A program made the position numbers and the translations under genes. The notes below the pieces were generated by a model, which was not told where the DNA came from, made no database searches, and saw only the letters and a program-made list of their open reading frames with translations. Shown here piece after piece: positions 9,722-19,216 of a stretch of DNA of 64,000 bases. How positions within the stretch are numbered: the first letter of the stretch is position 1; each line of letters begins with the position of its first letter. Source of the DNA: an uncultured Acidobacteriota bacterium (GTDB lineage Bacteria > Acidobacteriota > Thermoanaerobaculia > Multivoradales > UBA5704); assembly GCA_963770895.1 (NCBI GenBank), contig CAVYRF010000002.1, positions 3,008,001 to 3,072,000 on the forward strand. The letters are read 5' to 3'.

Positions 9722-10863
9722 CGCGGCCGCCCTTCCACCAAGTCGCGATACCAGCCTGCCTGGAGCGCCAGGCGGTGCCCGTGGTACCACGCCCGCGCCC
9801 GCGCGGCGAGCGCGTCTGGATCGGCGGGAGCGGCGCCGCCGGCCGGGTTCCAAAACGGCGGTTCGCCCGGGTTCAGGCCCTCGCCGTCGCCGTCGGCGGC
9901 GCCGTCGAACGCGGCGGCGCTCTCCCCCGGCGATCCCGGCCAGGCGCAGACCGGCACCATGCCGTGGGCGCAGTAGGCGGCGTGTACCGTGGATTTGGCC
10001 AGCAACCCGGACGGATAGGCGACGAAGCCCGCGTAGGCACGGGCCAGGACGGCGCCCACGTCGCCGGCGGCGAGCGCGCCCAGGGCGCGCACCGGCACGC
10101 CGGCGACCTGCGCCGGCAGTTGGGGCAGCGGCGGCCCGACGTCCACGATCTGTTCGATCGCCAGGGCGCGGCAGGCGGCGGCCAGCTGGGCAGCGAGCTC
10201 AGCGTAGGCGCGACCCCGCGTGCCGGCGCCGCCGAAGACCGCCAGGGTGCGCGGCCGGCGGGCCGCCGGCGCCGTTACCGTGTCCGGTTCGCCGACGGTT
10301 GAAAACACCGGCGCCAGCAGCACCGGGCACGCCGCGGGCCGCCGCAGGCGCGCCAGGATCGCGCCGTACAGGCCGAGCGTGGTGACGGCGGCGTCGCTCG
10401 CGGCAAGCAGCCGCGCCGCCAGCCCGCGCTGCACCGGAAAGAGCCAGAACGAGCTGCGCCAGGGCGGCCCGGTGGCGTAGACCTCGTGAAACACCGTCAC
10501 CAGGCGGCGCCCCGGCGCGGCGCGGCGCCAGCGCACGGCGCCGCCGACCAGCCAGCGCGGGCAGCCGCGCCGCTGGTAGGCGTAGTTGACGTAGTGCACC
10601 AGCACGGTGCCGGCGCCGCTTGCCGCCAGCTGTCGCGCCAGGGCGCCGGCGCGGGGCGCGTCGAGCACCACCGCGGCCGCCGCCGGGTCGCCCTCCGCCA
10701 GGTTGCCCGGGCCGCCATCGCCCGGCGGCGCGGCGTGGTCGGTCACCAGGAAGCGTGACGGGAGGCCGCAGTCGCCGAGCGCCCGCGCCAGCGCCGCGGC
10801 GTAGGCGCCGACGCCGTCGAAGCTGGGCGGCAGGCGGGGCACCACCTGGAGCAGCGGCGTCAC
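9718..10863 (-). CDS. GT-B fold (GT4-like) glycosyltransferase
   Basis: LQVVPRLPPSFDGVGAYA; HYVNYAYQ.RGCP; VFHEVYA; PVFSTVGE; AKSTVHAAYCAHG. Confidence 0.75.
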   Translation of the reverse strand: MTPLLQVVPRLPPSFDGVGAYAAALARALGDCGLPSRFLVTDHAAPPGDGGPGNLAEGDPAAAAVVLDAPRAGALARQLAASGAGTVLVHYVNYAYQRRGCPRWLVGGAVRWRRAAPGRRLVTVFHEVYATGPPWRSSFWLFPVQRGLAARLLAASDAAVTTLGLYGAILARLRRPAACPVLLAPVFSTVGEPDTVTAPAARRPRTLAVFGGAGTRGRAYAELAAQLAAACRALAIEQIVDVGPPLPQLPAQVAGVPVRALGALAAGDVGAVLARAYAGFVAYPSGLLAKSTVHAAYCAHGMVPVCAWPGSPGESAAAFDGAADGDGEGLNPGEPPFWNPAGGAAPADPDALAARARAWYHGHRLALQAGWYRDLVEGRPR

Positions 10864-11975
10864 GGCCATCGCCAACCTTCGCCGTCGGGGCCGGGCAGGT
10901 CCTGGTACGCCGCCAGGCACCGGTCGGCGACCCGCCGCCAGGTGAAGTGCTCCTCGACGCGCTGCCGCGCGCCGTGCGACAGGTGCGCCCACAGGCCCGG
11001 CTCGGCGGCGAGGCGGTCCAGGGCGGCGCCGATGGCAGCGGGGTCGTTGGGTGGCACGAGCAGGCCGCTCTGCTCGTGCTCGACCACCTCGGGCAGCGAC
11101 GCGGCGCGCGACGCGATGACCGGACAGCCGCTCGCCATCGCTTCGATGGGCGCGATACCGAACAGCTCGTTGGCGCCGGCGTCGCCGTTGGCGTCCACCG
11201 GCGTCGGGTGGACCAGGGTCATGGCCCGGCGCAGCAGGTCGGCGACCGCGGCGTCGCCCAGGTCGAGGTGGAAACGCACGTCCTTGCCCGCGGCAAGCGA
11301 CCGCAGACGCTCCAGGTAGTCGGCGTCGAGCGGCGAGCCGACGACGTGCAGGGTGCGGCCCGCCGGCAGACCCTCGATCAGGTAGTGGACGCCCTTGTGC
11401 GGCAGCAGGCGGCCCAGGAAGACGGCGGAGCCGTCGTGCTCGGCCGCGGCGCGCGGGCGATAGCGGCCGGTGTCGACGCCGCAATAGATCACCCGGTAGG
11501 GGAGCGGGCGGCCCGGCAGGCCGCGGGTGGCGTATTCCGAGATCGGCAGGTGCGCCGTCAACCAGCGCGATTGGTCGAATTGATAACCCGGTGTCCAGCC
11601 GCCGCCGCCCAGGTCGGAGACGAAGACGCGGCTGCCCTGGCGGTGGCCGCAGGCGGCGGCGAGAAACGTCGACAGGACGAAGTATTGATGGCAGTGGATC
11701 GCGTCGGCGCCGCGCAGCTCGCGCGCCAGGGCGGGCGAATAGGGCACCATCTTGGAGCGCGACCAGCTGCGCAGGATGACGCGCTCGAAGGAGGCGCTGA
11801 GCCGCTGGCGCAGCGGCCGCCGTCCGAAGCTCACCAGCTTGACCTGGGCGCGGTGGGAAGTGGCAAGGGCCAGCTCTTCGGCGAACCGCTCACCGCCACC
11901 CAGGTACGATTCGGGCGCAAAGTACGTCGGTGTCACGTGGCAGACGGCCAGCCGCCAGCCGGGCTGCCGTGTCAT
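10860..11975 (-). CDS. Glycosyltransferase family 4
   Basis: GGGERF; FLGRLLPHKGV; ELFGIAPIEAMASG. Confidence 0.92.
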   Translation of the reverse strand: MTRQPGWRLAVCHVTPTYFAPESYLGGGERFAEELALATSHRAQVKLVSFGRRPLRQRLSASFERVILRSWSRSKMVPYSPALARELRGADAIHCHQYFVLSTFLAAACGHRQGSRVFVSDLGGGGWTPGYQFDQSRWLTAHLPISEYATRGLPGRPLPYRVIYCGVDTGRYRPRAAAEHDGSAVFLGRLLPHKGVHYLIEGLPAGRTLHVVGSPLDADYLERLRSLAAGKDVRFHLDLGDAAVADLLRRAMTLVHPTPVDANGDAGANELFGIAPIEAMASGCPVIASRAASLPEVVEHEQSGLLVPPNDPAAIGAALDRLAAEPGLWAHLSHGARQRVEEHFTWRRVADRCLAAYQDLPGPDGEGWRWP

Positions 11976-12721
11976 CCCCGCCCTGCCGCCTTGTCGCGCG
12001 CCCGCCGCAGGTACCAGCCGGCGGTGCGCAGCCAGCGGTCGGCGGCGAGCCGGGCGCGCGGATACGGCCTGACGCGCTCCACGAAGCGCGCCAGCTCCGC
12101 CTCGATGTTGGGGGCGCCGTGCACGATGGTTTCGGAAAACTGGAAGGTGTCGTCCCAGAACAGCCACTGCACGTGGCCTTCCGGCGGCAGGCGGCGCAGG
12201 AAGCGCGGCGGCAGGGACAGCCGCCAGTGGCTGTGGATCTTGTGATACTTCATCATGAAACGCGCGGCGGCCGGCGCCGCGCCGGCGGCGGGGATGAAAT
12301 CGATCAGCCAGCGGTGATGCGACCAGCCCACCTGTCCCGGCTCGATGCCGCGGCTCGATTCGGCGATACGCGACGGCACCTCCAGGTATCCGGCCCTGCC
12401 GATGCGCACGATCTCGGAGCACACCCACAGCGGATCGCGCAGGTCTTCCAGGGTGTGGGAGCAGATCACGAAATCGATCGACTTATCCGCAAACGGGTAG
12501 GGCTCGCGGGTGCAGAGATCGCGCCGGATCCAGGTGGCGCTGCTGAAGTGCTCGCGCTGCCCGCCCTGCGCCGGCAGGCCGTAGTGGCCGCGCGTTTCGT
12601 AGGACTCCTGATCGATCACGTAGTTGGCGCGATTGAACGGGCGCGCCCAGCCGCCGATGTCGAGCACCACGTCGCCTGCGGAAAGGCGGCTCAGAATGAG
12701 CTGGTCGTTGGCCGGATGCAA
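11972..12721 (-). CDS. Class I SAM-dependent methyltransferase
   Basis: VLDIGG; YPFADKSIDFVICSHTLEDLRDP. Confidence 0.85.
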   Translation of the reverse strand: MHPANDQLILSRLSAGDVVLDIGGWARPFNRANYVIDQESYETRGHYGLPAQGGQREHFSSATWIRRDLCTREPYPFADKSIDFVICSHTLEDLRDPLWVCSEIVRIGRAGYLEVPSRIAESSRGIEPGQVGWSHHRWLIDFIPAAGAAPAAARFMMKYHKIHSHWRLSLPPRFLRRLPPEGHVQWLFWDDTFQFSETIVHGAPNIEAELARFVERVRPYPRARLAADRWLRTAGWYLRRARDKAAGRG

Positions 12722-12752
12722 GGGGTGGGCTCCTGGTCGCAGGCAGGATCGA

Positions 12753-13355
12753 TCAATCGCCGCCGGTAGCGGAGACCTTGACGGCGCTCAGCTTGAACTG
12801 CAGAAACCAGGCCGGGTAGATCCAGGCGAAGCGCCGCTCGTAGGTCTGCGGGTGGCGGTTGGCGAACCGCGCCATGAGCCGCGCCAGCGGGCCGCCGGTA
12901 TGAAACGCGATAAAGCGCTCGACGATGCGAAAGCGCGCCGCCGAATAGAAATCCCATTGGTGGCCTGCGGTGAAGTAATCGAAAGAAAAGTAGCTGAGGT
13001 GAAAGCGGTGGGTCGGGTCGGTATAGGAATTGGCGCTGGAAAAGTGCGGCGTGGTGATCTCCAGCACGCCGCCCGGCGCCAGCAGGGCGTGCGCCTCCTC
13101 CATGAAGCTCCGGATGTCGGCCAGGTGCTCCACCACGTCGTGCGCGTAGATGTGCTGGAAATGATCGCGCGGCAGGGGGTAGGGATGGCGGTCGAGATCC
13201 ATCACCAGGTCCGGCTGGACCTGCGGCAGGACGTCCACGTTCAGGCAGCCGGGCCGCCGCTTGCGGCCGCAGCCCAGGTTGAGCTCCAGGGGCACCTCTC
13301 CGTCGGCGCCGGTGGCGATGGTGGCGGCGGGGGGCGGCGTGGTGGCGGCGGTCAT
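12753..13355 (-). CDS. Class I SAM-dependent methyltransferase
   Basis: LNLGCG; HDVVEHL; LAPGG..EITTPHF; DPTH. Confidence 0.88.
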   Translation of the reverse strand: MTAATTPPPAATIATGADGEVPLELNLGCGRKRRPGCLNVDVLPQVQPDLVMDLDRHPYPLPRDHFQHIYAHDVVEHLADIRSFMEEAHALLAPGGVLEITTPHFSSANSYTDPTHRFHLSYFSFDYFTAGHQWDFYSAARFRIVERFIAFHTGGPLARLMARFANRHPQTYERRFAWIYPAWFLQFKLSAVKVSATGGD

Positions 13356-13362
13356 GCGGGCA

Positions 13363-14751
13363 TCACTCCCAGTGCACCAGGGTGGGGCGCACAAAACCGA
13401 TGGCGGTGATGACCGCCTGCTCGCAAAGGCCGAAGGCGGCGCTGCCCAGGTTGAAGAGCAGCACGCCGTGGGTGGTGCCGAGCGGCAGCCAGGCGACCAG
13501 CGCCGCCTGGGCGCAGGCATACACCAGCATGGCGAGCCCCTGCCAACGGTTCCACGAGCGGGCGAGGTTGACGCCCACCAGGTAGCCGCTCACCAGGGTG
13601 ATACCGGCCGACGCCACCACCAGCCCCAGCTCGCTGTCGAGCCCCCGGTAGTGCTCGCCCAGAATCGTCAGCAGCAGGTGCGGGATGGCGGCGGCGACCA
13701 GCCACATCGCCGCGGCGATGGCGGCGAGCAGGGCGCCGAACTGCAAAAACCGCATGCGGTAGTGGCGCTCGTCGTGGATGCGCGACAGGCGCGGCAGCAG
13801 GACGGTGGCCGACAGGTTCGAAAACAGGGCTAGCGCCAGGCCGAGCCGCGACAGGGCGCCGACCTCGGCGATGTTGCGCGCCGAGCCGAAGGTGGCGGAC
13901 AGCCATACCACCAGCGGCGTCTGGATCGAAAAGTAGAGAGCGCTGGGAAGCGTCGGCAGCAGGTAGCGCAGGACCCGGCGGCGGTACGGCGCCAGGGTCT
14001 GGCGCGAGGGCGGTGTCGCGGCGGCCGCGGCGGCTTTTGCGTCACCCCGCGGGCGCGCCAAAAGCGCGGTCAGGGCGATCGCCGCAGCGTTGGCGGCGAC
14101 GGCCAGCCAGGCATACAGCACGGACGTCAGCGCCATGGTGCCGGCCGCCGCCAGGCGCACGCCGCCGCCGGCGATCTCGGCGCGGTAGGACTGGCCGTAG
14201 CGATCGAGCAGACGCAGGACCAGCACCCCGAGCGACGAGCGGATCTGGAACCAGGCGCACACCAGGACGCCGGCGGTCGCCAGGGCGATGTCGCGGCCGG
14301 CGAACCCCTGCGCCGCGGCGGCGCGCGGCAGCGCCACCAGCACGGCGGCGGCGCCCACCAGGAAGGCGGTGCTCCGCAGCGAGCGCACGGCGGCCAGGTA
14401 GAGGGGGAACTCGCCCGGTCCGTTCATCTCGGCGGCCGCCGCTGGCGCGGCGCCGTTCGGCCGCGCGGGGCCTCCGGTGCGATGGAAGAAGTAGAGCAGC
14501 GAGCTGGTGCTTCCCAGGTCCGAGACGAAGGTGAAGAAGGTCACCACCGACAGCGCCAGCGTGTAGAGCGCAAACTGGCGCACCGGCATGGTGCGCACCA
14601 GGACCAGGCCGGCGCTCAGGCCCAGCAGCTGGGTGAGCGCCTGGGCGCTGAAGTATGCCGACAGCAGCTTGAACCAGCGCCGCAGGCGCGACGACGCCGG
14701 CGCCGCGGCCGGTTGGGGATGCGTCGCCAGCGCTTCGGGAAGGGCGCTCAC
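13363..14751 (-). CDS. Wzx-like polysaccharide flippase
   Basis: About 12 TM segments; QALTQLLG...LVRTM..QFALYTL; SDLG motif; EPS context. Confidence 0.75.
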   Translation of the reverse strand: MSALPEALATHPQPAAAPASSRLRRWFKLLSAYFSAQALTQLLGLSAGLVLVRTMPVRQFALYTLALSVVTFFTFVSDLGSTSSLLYFFHRTGGPARPNGAAPAAAAEMNGPGEFPLYLAAVRSLRSTAFLVGAAAVLVALPRAAAAQGFAGRDIALATAGVLVCAWFQIRSSLGVLVLRLLDRYGQSYRAEIAGGGVRLAAAGTMALTSVLYAWLAVAANAAAIALTALLARPRGDAKAAAAAATPPSRQTLAPYRRRVLRYLLPTLPSALYFSIQTPLVVWLSATFGSARNIAEVGALSRLGLALALFSNLSATVLLPRLSRIHDERHYRMRFLQFGALLAAIAAAMWLVAAAIPHLLLTILGEHYRGLDSELGLVVASAGITLVSGYLVGVNLARSWNRWQGLAMLVYACAQAALVAWLPLGTTHGVLLFNLGSAAFGLCEQAVITAIGFVRPTLVHWE

Positions 14752-16715
14752 GCCGCCGCCGCCGCCCTGCCGGCTGCCGCGGCGCCCGCCGCCGCCGCCG
14801 GCAGCGCCGGGATGGTGATGCCGAACTCCGCCAGGATCAGCCGCGCCAGGACGCGCGAGCGGGCCCCCAGGTGCTGTGCCGCCGGCCCCAGCTCGCCCGG
14901 CCGCAGCCATTCCAGGACCGGGATGTAAAAGCCGCTCTTGGGCCGCTGCCACAGGCCGTCCGGCAGCTCGGGAGCCAGGCGCCGCACCAGGGCGGCCTTG
15001 CCCAGCCGCCGGGCGGGCTGGAAGCCCTGGGCGGCCAGCTGCCCGCGCAGCACCGCGTCCACCAGCGGCACCCGCAGCTCGACCGACCAGGCCATCGACG
15101 CCCAATCGGCGTCGCGCAGCAGCTGGTTGCGCAGATAGAGAGCGGATTCCATCTGGTGCACGGCGAGCCAGGGATCGGTGCGGCCCGCCGCGCCGGCCGC
15201 CGTGCCGTGCGCCGCGGCGTCGCCGTCGCGGGTGTCGGGGCAGGGGCCGGGGCCGGCGAGAGCGGCGCCGGCGCCGGCGATCGGGTCGTAGGCGGCGAGC
15301 GCCGCGGCGGCGGCTTCGGCGCCCAGGAGCGCCGGCAGCTCTTCGGGCAGGAACAGGGCGCGGCGCAGAAAGTAGCTGCCCGGCAGGGTGGCGCCGTAGC
15401 GCAGCAGCCCGGCGAGCTTGGGGCGCGACGGCGCCAGGTGCCGCGCCAGGGCCGGCCAGCCGGCGGCGAGCCCCGGCAGCCGGCGCCCCCAGCGGGCGGC
15501 GCGGGCGGCGCGCGGCACGTCGGCGAACGACGGGTAGCTGCCGAACAGCTCGTCGCCGCCGAGGCCGGACAGCACCACCTTGAAGCCGGCCTGGTGCGCG
15601 GCGCGGCTGATGACGAAGGTGTTGAAGCCGTCGATCGAGGGTTGGTCCATGGCGGCGAGCGCCGCCGGCCACAGTGGCGCGAAGTCGGCGCGGCCCATGT
15701 CGATGGCGTGATGGCGGGCGCCCAGCCGCCGCGCCACCTGGGCGGCCAGCGGCGCTTCGTCGCGCGGCGTGCCGGCCAGGACGTCGAAGCCGACCGTCAG
15801 GGTGGTCAGCGGCGCGGCGGCGTGGCGGCGTGCCAGCGCCGCGACCAGGGCCGAATCGAGCCCCGCCGAAAGGAACACCGCCACCGGCACGTCCGCCACC
15901 AGGTGCGCGGCGACCGACTGCTCGATCGCCGCACCGGCGGCGGCGGTCGCGGCATCGGGCGCCTGCCGCGGCGCCGGGTGAGTGGCTGCGACCGCGGCCG
16001 GGGCGGCCGCCAGCGGGTAGCGCCGCGGCTCGCCGGGACCGTCGCCGTCCACCCACAGCAGGTGGCCGGCGGGCAGGCAGCGGATTTCCGCGTAGAGCGT
16101 CGCCGGCTCGGGGACCGATCCCCAGAGCAGGAACCCGGCGAGCCCCGCCGGGTCGACGGCGCGCGACACCGGGCCGCCCGCGGTCAGCGCCTTGACCTGC
16201 GAAGCGAAGCGCAGCTGGCCCCGCCCCGGCGAACACGACGGGCACGAGTAATACAGCGGCTTGATGCCGCAGGGGTCGCGCGCCAGCAGCAGGCGCGGAC
16301 GCTGGCGGTCGCGGCCGTCCCAGATCGCCAGGCCGAACATGCCGCGCAGCAGCGGCAGGAACGCTTCGCCGTGCCGCAGGTAGAGGGCCAGCACCACTTC
16401 GGTGTCGCCGGCGCCGCGCGGCGGCAGCCCCGCCGCGGCAAGCCCGGCGGCCAGCTCGCGGAAGTTGTAGATCTCGCCGTTGAAGGCGATCTGGACGCGC
16501 CCCCCGGCCGCCGCCATCGGCTGGGCGCCGGCCGGCGACAGGTCCAGGATCGCCAGGCGCCGGCTGGCCAGGCCGGCCCTGCCGTCGTCGCTGATCCAGG
16601 CGCCGGCGTCATCCGGCCCGCGCGCCGCCATCAGGTCGCGCGTCCGCAGCAGCTCGGCGCGATCGACCGCCGGCGCCTGGGGCGCGAAGCTGAAAATGCC
16701 GTTGATGCCGCACAT
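14748..16715 (-). CDS. asnB: Asparagine synthase-like glutamine amidotransferase (glycan amidation)
   Basis: N-terminal MCGI; RGPD; RRLAILD; FNGEIYN; RDPCGIKPLYY; FLSAGLDS; LSGLGGDELF. Confidence 0.93.
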   Translation of the reverse strand: MCGINGIFSFAPQAPAVDRAELLRTRDLMAARGPDDAGAWISDDGRAGLASRRLAILDLSPAGAQPMAAAGGRVQIAFNGEIYNFRELAAGLAAAGLPPRGAGDTEVVLALYLRHGEAFLPLLRGMFGLAIWDGRDRQRPRLLLARDPCGIKPLYYSCPSCSPGRGQLRFASQVKALTAGGPVSRAVDPAGLAGFLLWGSVPEPATLYAEIRCLPAGHLLWVDGDGPGEPRRYPLAAAPAAVAATHPAPRQAPDAATAAAGAAIEQSVAAHLVADVPVAVFLSAGLDSALVAALARRHAAAPLTTLTVGFDVLAGTPRDEAPLAAQVARRLGARHHAIDMGRADFAPLWPAALAAMDQPSIDGFNTFVISRAAHQAGFKVVLSGLGGDELFGSYPSFADVPRAARAARWGRRLPGLAAGWPALARHLAPSRPKLAGLLRYGATLPGSYFLRRALFLPEELPALLGAEAAAAALAAYDPIAGAGAALAGPGPCPDTRDGDAAAHGTAAGAAGRTDPWLAVHQMESALYLRNQLLRDADWASMAWSVELRVPLVDAVLRGQLAAQGFQPARRLGKAALVRRLAPELPDGLWQRPKSGFYIPVLEWLRPGELGPAAQHLGARSRVLARLILAEFGITIPALPAAAAGAAAAGRAAAAA

Positions 16716-16738
16716 GACCGAGATCGCCGCGCCGCCGC

Positions 16739-17842
16739 TCAGGCCACCAGGCGGTCGAGCAGCGGCCACAGCCGCTGGGCAAACCGCTCCGGAGCGAAGT
16801 CCCGCTCGAAACGCCGGCGCCCCGCCGCGCCCAGGTCCGCGGCGTAGGCGGGCGCAGTGAACAGGCGGTCGAGCGCGGCGGCGATCGCCGCCGGGTCCGC
16901 CGGGTCCACCAGCAGACCGGTCTGACCGTCGACGACGATCTCCGCCGCGGCGCTGTCGCGCGCCGCGACGCACGGCTTGCCGGCCCGCATCGCCTCCAGG
17001 TAGACCAGGCCGAAGCCCTCTCCCTGGCTGGGCATCACCAGCACCGCGGCGCGCGCATACAGCTCGGCCAGCGTCGCTTCGCTGACGAAGCCGGTGAACA
17101 GCACCCGCTCGCCAAGCCCCAGGTCTGCCGCCAGGGCGGCCAGACGCGGCCGGTCGTCGCCGTCGCCGGCCACCACCAGCCGCACGCCGCCGGCAGGCGC
17201 GGCCGGCATCCCCGCCAGCGCGGCAAACAGCGCCTGGTGCCCCTTGTAGCGCTCGCTCGCCGCCATGCGTCCGACGATCAGCGCGAAGCCGGAGCCGGCC
17301 TGCGCCAGCAGCGCCGGATCGCGGTCGCCCCCGGGCGGCCGCTCTTCCAGGCAGAGCGGCACCACGTCGATGCCGCCGATGCCGCCGTTGGCCGCCAGCG
17401 TCCGCGCCCGCGTGTACTCCGAGATCGCCAGCCGCACCGCCGCCTGGCGCAGGGCGCGCCGCCGCCCGCCGGCCAGCCGGCGCCACACTTCGATGCCGTA
17501 GATCGTCACCAGGTAGGGTGCCCGCAGCGGCGGCGGCAGCAGGGTCTGCACCCGCGCCGGCCCCAGCAGGTCATAGACGCACGCCGCCCGCCCGCCGAGC
17601 TGCTGCCGCCATGCCGCCAGCGCCAGCGCCCGCCGTCCGTCGCCGAAGCTGCGGGCGCGCGGATCGGAGCCGAATCCGTCCAGCCCGCGCAGCGACAGCA
17701 GCCGCCAGCCGATGCCGCGGTCGCGCGCAAACGCCGCGCAGCTCCCCGCCAGCAGCCGCGCCGCCAGCGCCCGCCCGCCACCGTCCAGATCCAGTCCCGC
17801 AGATACGAAGATCAGGTCGCGGATGGCGAATAGCCTTTGCAC
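16739..17842 (-). CDS. Glycosyltransferase family 4
   Basis: GIEVW; VGRMAASERYKGH; MPSQGEGFGLVYLEAM. Start codon uncertain. Confidence 0.88.
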   Translation of the reverse strand: MQRLFAIRDLIFVSAGLDLDGGGRALAARLLAGSCAAFARDRGIGWRLLSLRGLDGFGSDPRARSFGDGRRALALAAWRQQLGGRAACVYDLLGPARVQTLLPPPLRAPYLVTIYGIEVWRRLAGGRRRALRQAAVRLAISEYTRARTLAANGGIGGIDVVPLCLEERPPGGDRDPALLAQAGSGFALIVGRMAASERYKGHQALFAALAGMPAAPAGGVRLVVAGDGDDRPRLAALAADLGLGERVLFTGFVSEATLAELYARAAVLVMPSQGEGFGLVYLEAMRAGKPCVAARDSAAAEIVVDGQTGLLVDPADPAAIAAALDRLFTAPAYAADLGAAGRRRFERDFAPERFAQRLWPLLDRLVA

Positions 17843-17998
17843 GCGCCGCCGTGCGCCGCGGAAGAAACCGCCGAAGAGACGCTAAACCCATGAAGATGCA
17901 AGACGCTACCCACCACAGAGCACCAGGAGATCCCCCCGGCGATTGTCCCAGAAGCCGCCGGGCGGCGCAACCGCTTGTCCTGGCGGATTGCCCTGGGC

Positions 17999-19216
17999 TC
18001 AAGGTGTTCGCGGGCCCTGCCGGGAGGGCTCCGGCGCCGACCTCCCAGCCAGGATGGCGCAGACACATCCGATGATGCTCGATACCAGCAAAGAGGCCCA
18101 GATTGGCTCGCCGGTCAGCAGCCCGAAGGCGAACCCGATCGCGAGCCCGATCAGGAGGCCGCCGAAGGCCGGGCTCACGCCGGAAGACGAGTCGGCAGGA
18201 CCGGCGGCGGCCGCAAGGCGTGCGTCCGGAGCCGGTCCGGGGATGTGCCGGGGATCGTCCCAAGTGGTCCATCCCGCAAACCCTGGGACCTGCGATTGCG
18301 CCAGCGCGATGGCGTCGCGTAGCGCTGCCAGGGTGGGGCAGCTCTCAAGCTTCGGCTCGTTCCAGGAGCGGCGAAAGACCTCCAAAAAGGCGGGCGCGAT
18401 CAGGTGGAGCCAGGGCTCGGCAAGCTGGTAGCGGGCGCGGCCGACGTCGGTCCCATGGTGGTCGGTGAAAAAGCCTTGCTCGGTGGCCAGCCGGGAGAGG
18501 TCGGCGTCCGCCAGGATCAGGATCTCCGCCGCCAGGACGGCGGCGGCATAGCGGTCGCCCGCGGCATGCCAGAGGTTGGCGCCGGGCGCCATGCTCACGT
18601 GACGATATCCGGGTGATCCAGTGGACGGATCGATGGGCCGCACGGCGCCCGGCAGGTACATATCCTCCAGGTCCAGGAGCGCGATCTCATGCACGCTCCG
18701 GTCGATCATCACGTTGCCGGGCGAGATGTCGGTGTGGGCGGCTCCGCGCTCTTCGAGCCCCGCCACGATGGTCAGGAAACGCTGGCACAGCTCGATCGCC
18801 ACGCCGCGATCGAGCTTCCAGGCCCCGGCCCTGGCCTCGTTGAGCAGATCGAACCAGGTGCTGCCGGCGAGCCAGGGGATGAGGATCGAATAGGAGAGAT
18901 CGGGATTCAGGAGCGCCGCCGGCTCGGACTCCAGGACGACCCGCCGGTTGGCCGCGGCGAGGCCGGGGAGGTCGTGCAGCGCCCGCAGGTGATCGTTCGC
19001 CGCGACCAGGTTTGGTCCGCGGTACTTTCGCCGCAGCAGCTTGAGGGCGAACAGCCGGCCGTCTTTTTGACTCGTCAGGGCATAGACGACGGCGCGAGTG
19101 CCCTCGGACGAATGAGGCATCCCCGCGGCGCCGGGATGCGTCCGCACGTGGAAGGTCTCGCCGAACAGGACCAGCTGTTCGCCCGCGACCGGGGCGAACC
19201 GGCTAGGGCTTGCCAT
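17999..19216 (-). CDS. Ser/Thr protein kinase-like protein with C-terminal TM helices
   Basis: EGTRAVVY; FALK; HTDISPGN catalytic loop; LLDLED; GSPGY; DRYA; two hydrophobic C-terminal helices. Confidence 0.8.
   Translation of the reverse strand: MASPSRFAPVAGEQLVLFGETFHVRTHPGAAGMPHSSEGTRAVVYALTSQKDGRLFALKLLRRKYRGPNLVAANDHLRALHDLPGLAAANRRVVLESEPAALLNPDLSYSILIPWLAGSTWFDLLNEARAGAWKLDRGVAIELCQRFLTIVAGLEERGAAHTDISPGNVMIDRSVHEIALLDLEDMYLPGAVRPIDPSTGSPGYRHVSMAPGANLWHAAGDRYAAAVLAAEILILADADLSRLATEQGFFTDHHGTDVGRARYQLAEPWLHLIAPAFLEVFRRSWNEPKLESCPTLAALRDAIALAQSQVPGFAGWTTWDDPRHIPGPAPDARLAAAAGPADSSSGVSPAFGGLLIGLAIGFAFGLLTGEPIWASLLVSSIIGCVCAILAGRSAPEPSRQGPRTP

Noticed and set aside
14748-16715. AsnB as a lasso cyclase for the YxxP peptide
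   Set aside because: It retains the N-terminal MCGI glutaminase nucleophile, is coupled to the flippase about 27 kb away, and no B2 protease is present; typical glycan amidotransferase.
17812-18066. Possible frameshifted continuation of the kinase
   Set aside because: The kinase ends cleanly after its TM helices; other frames show no motif or codon bias.
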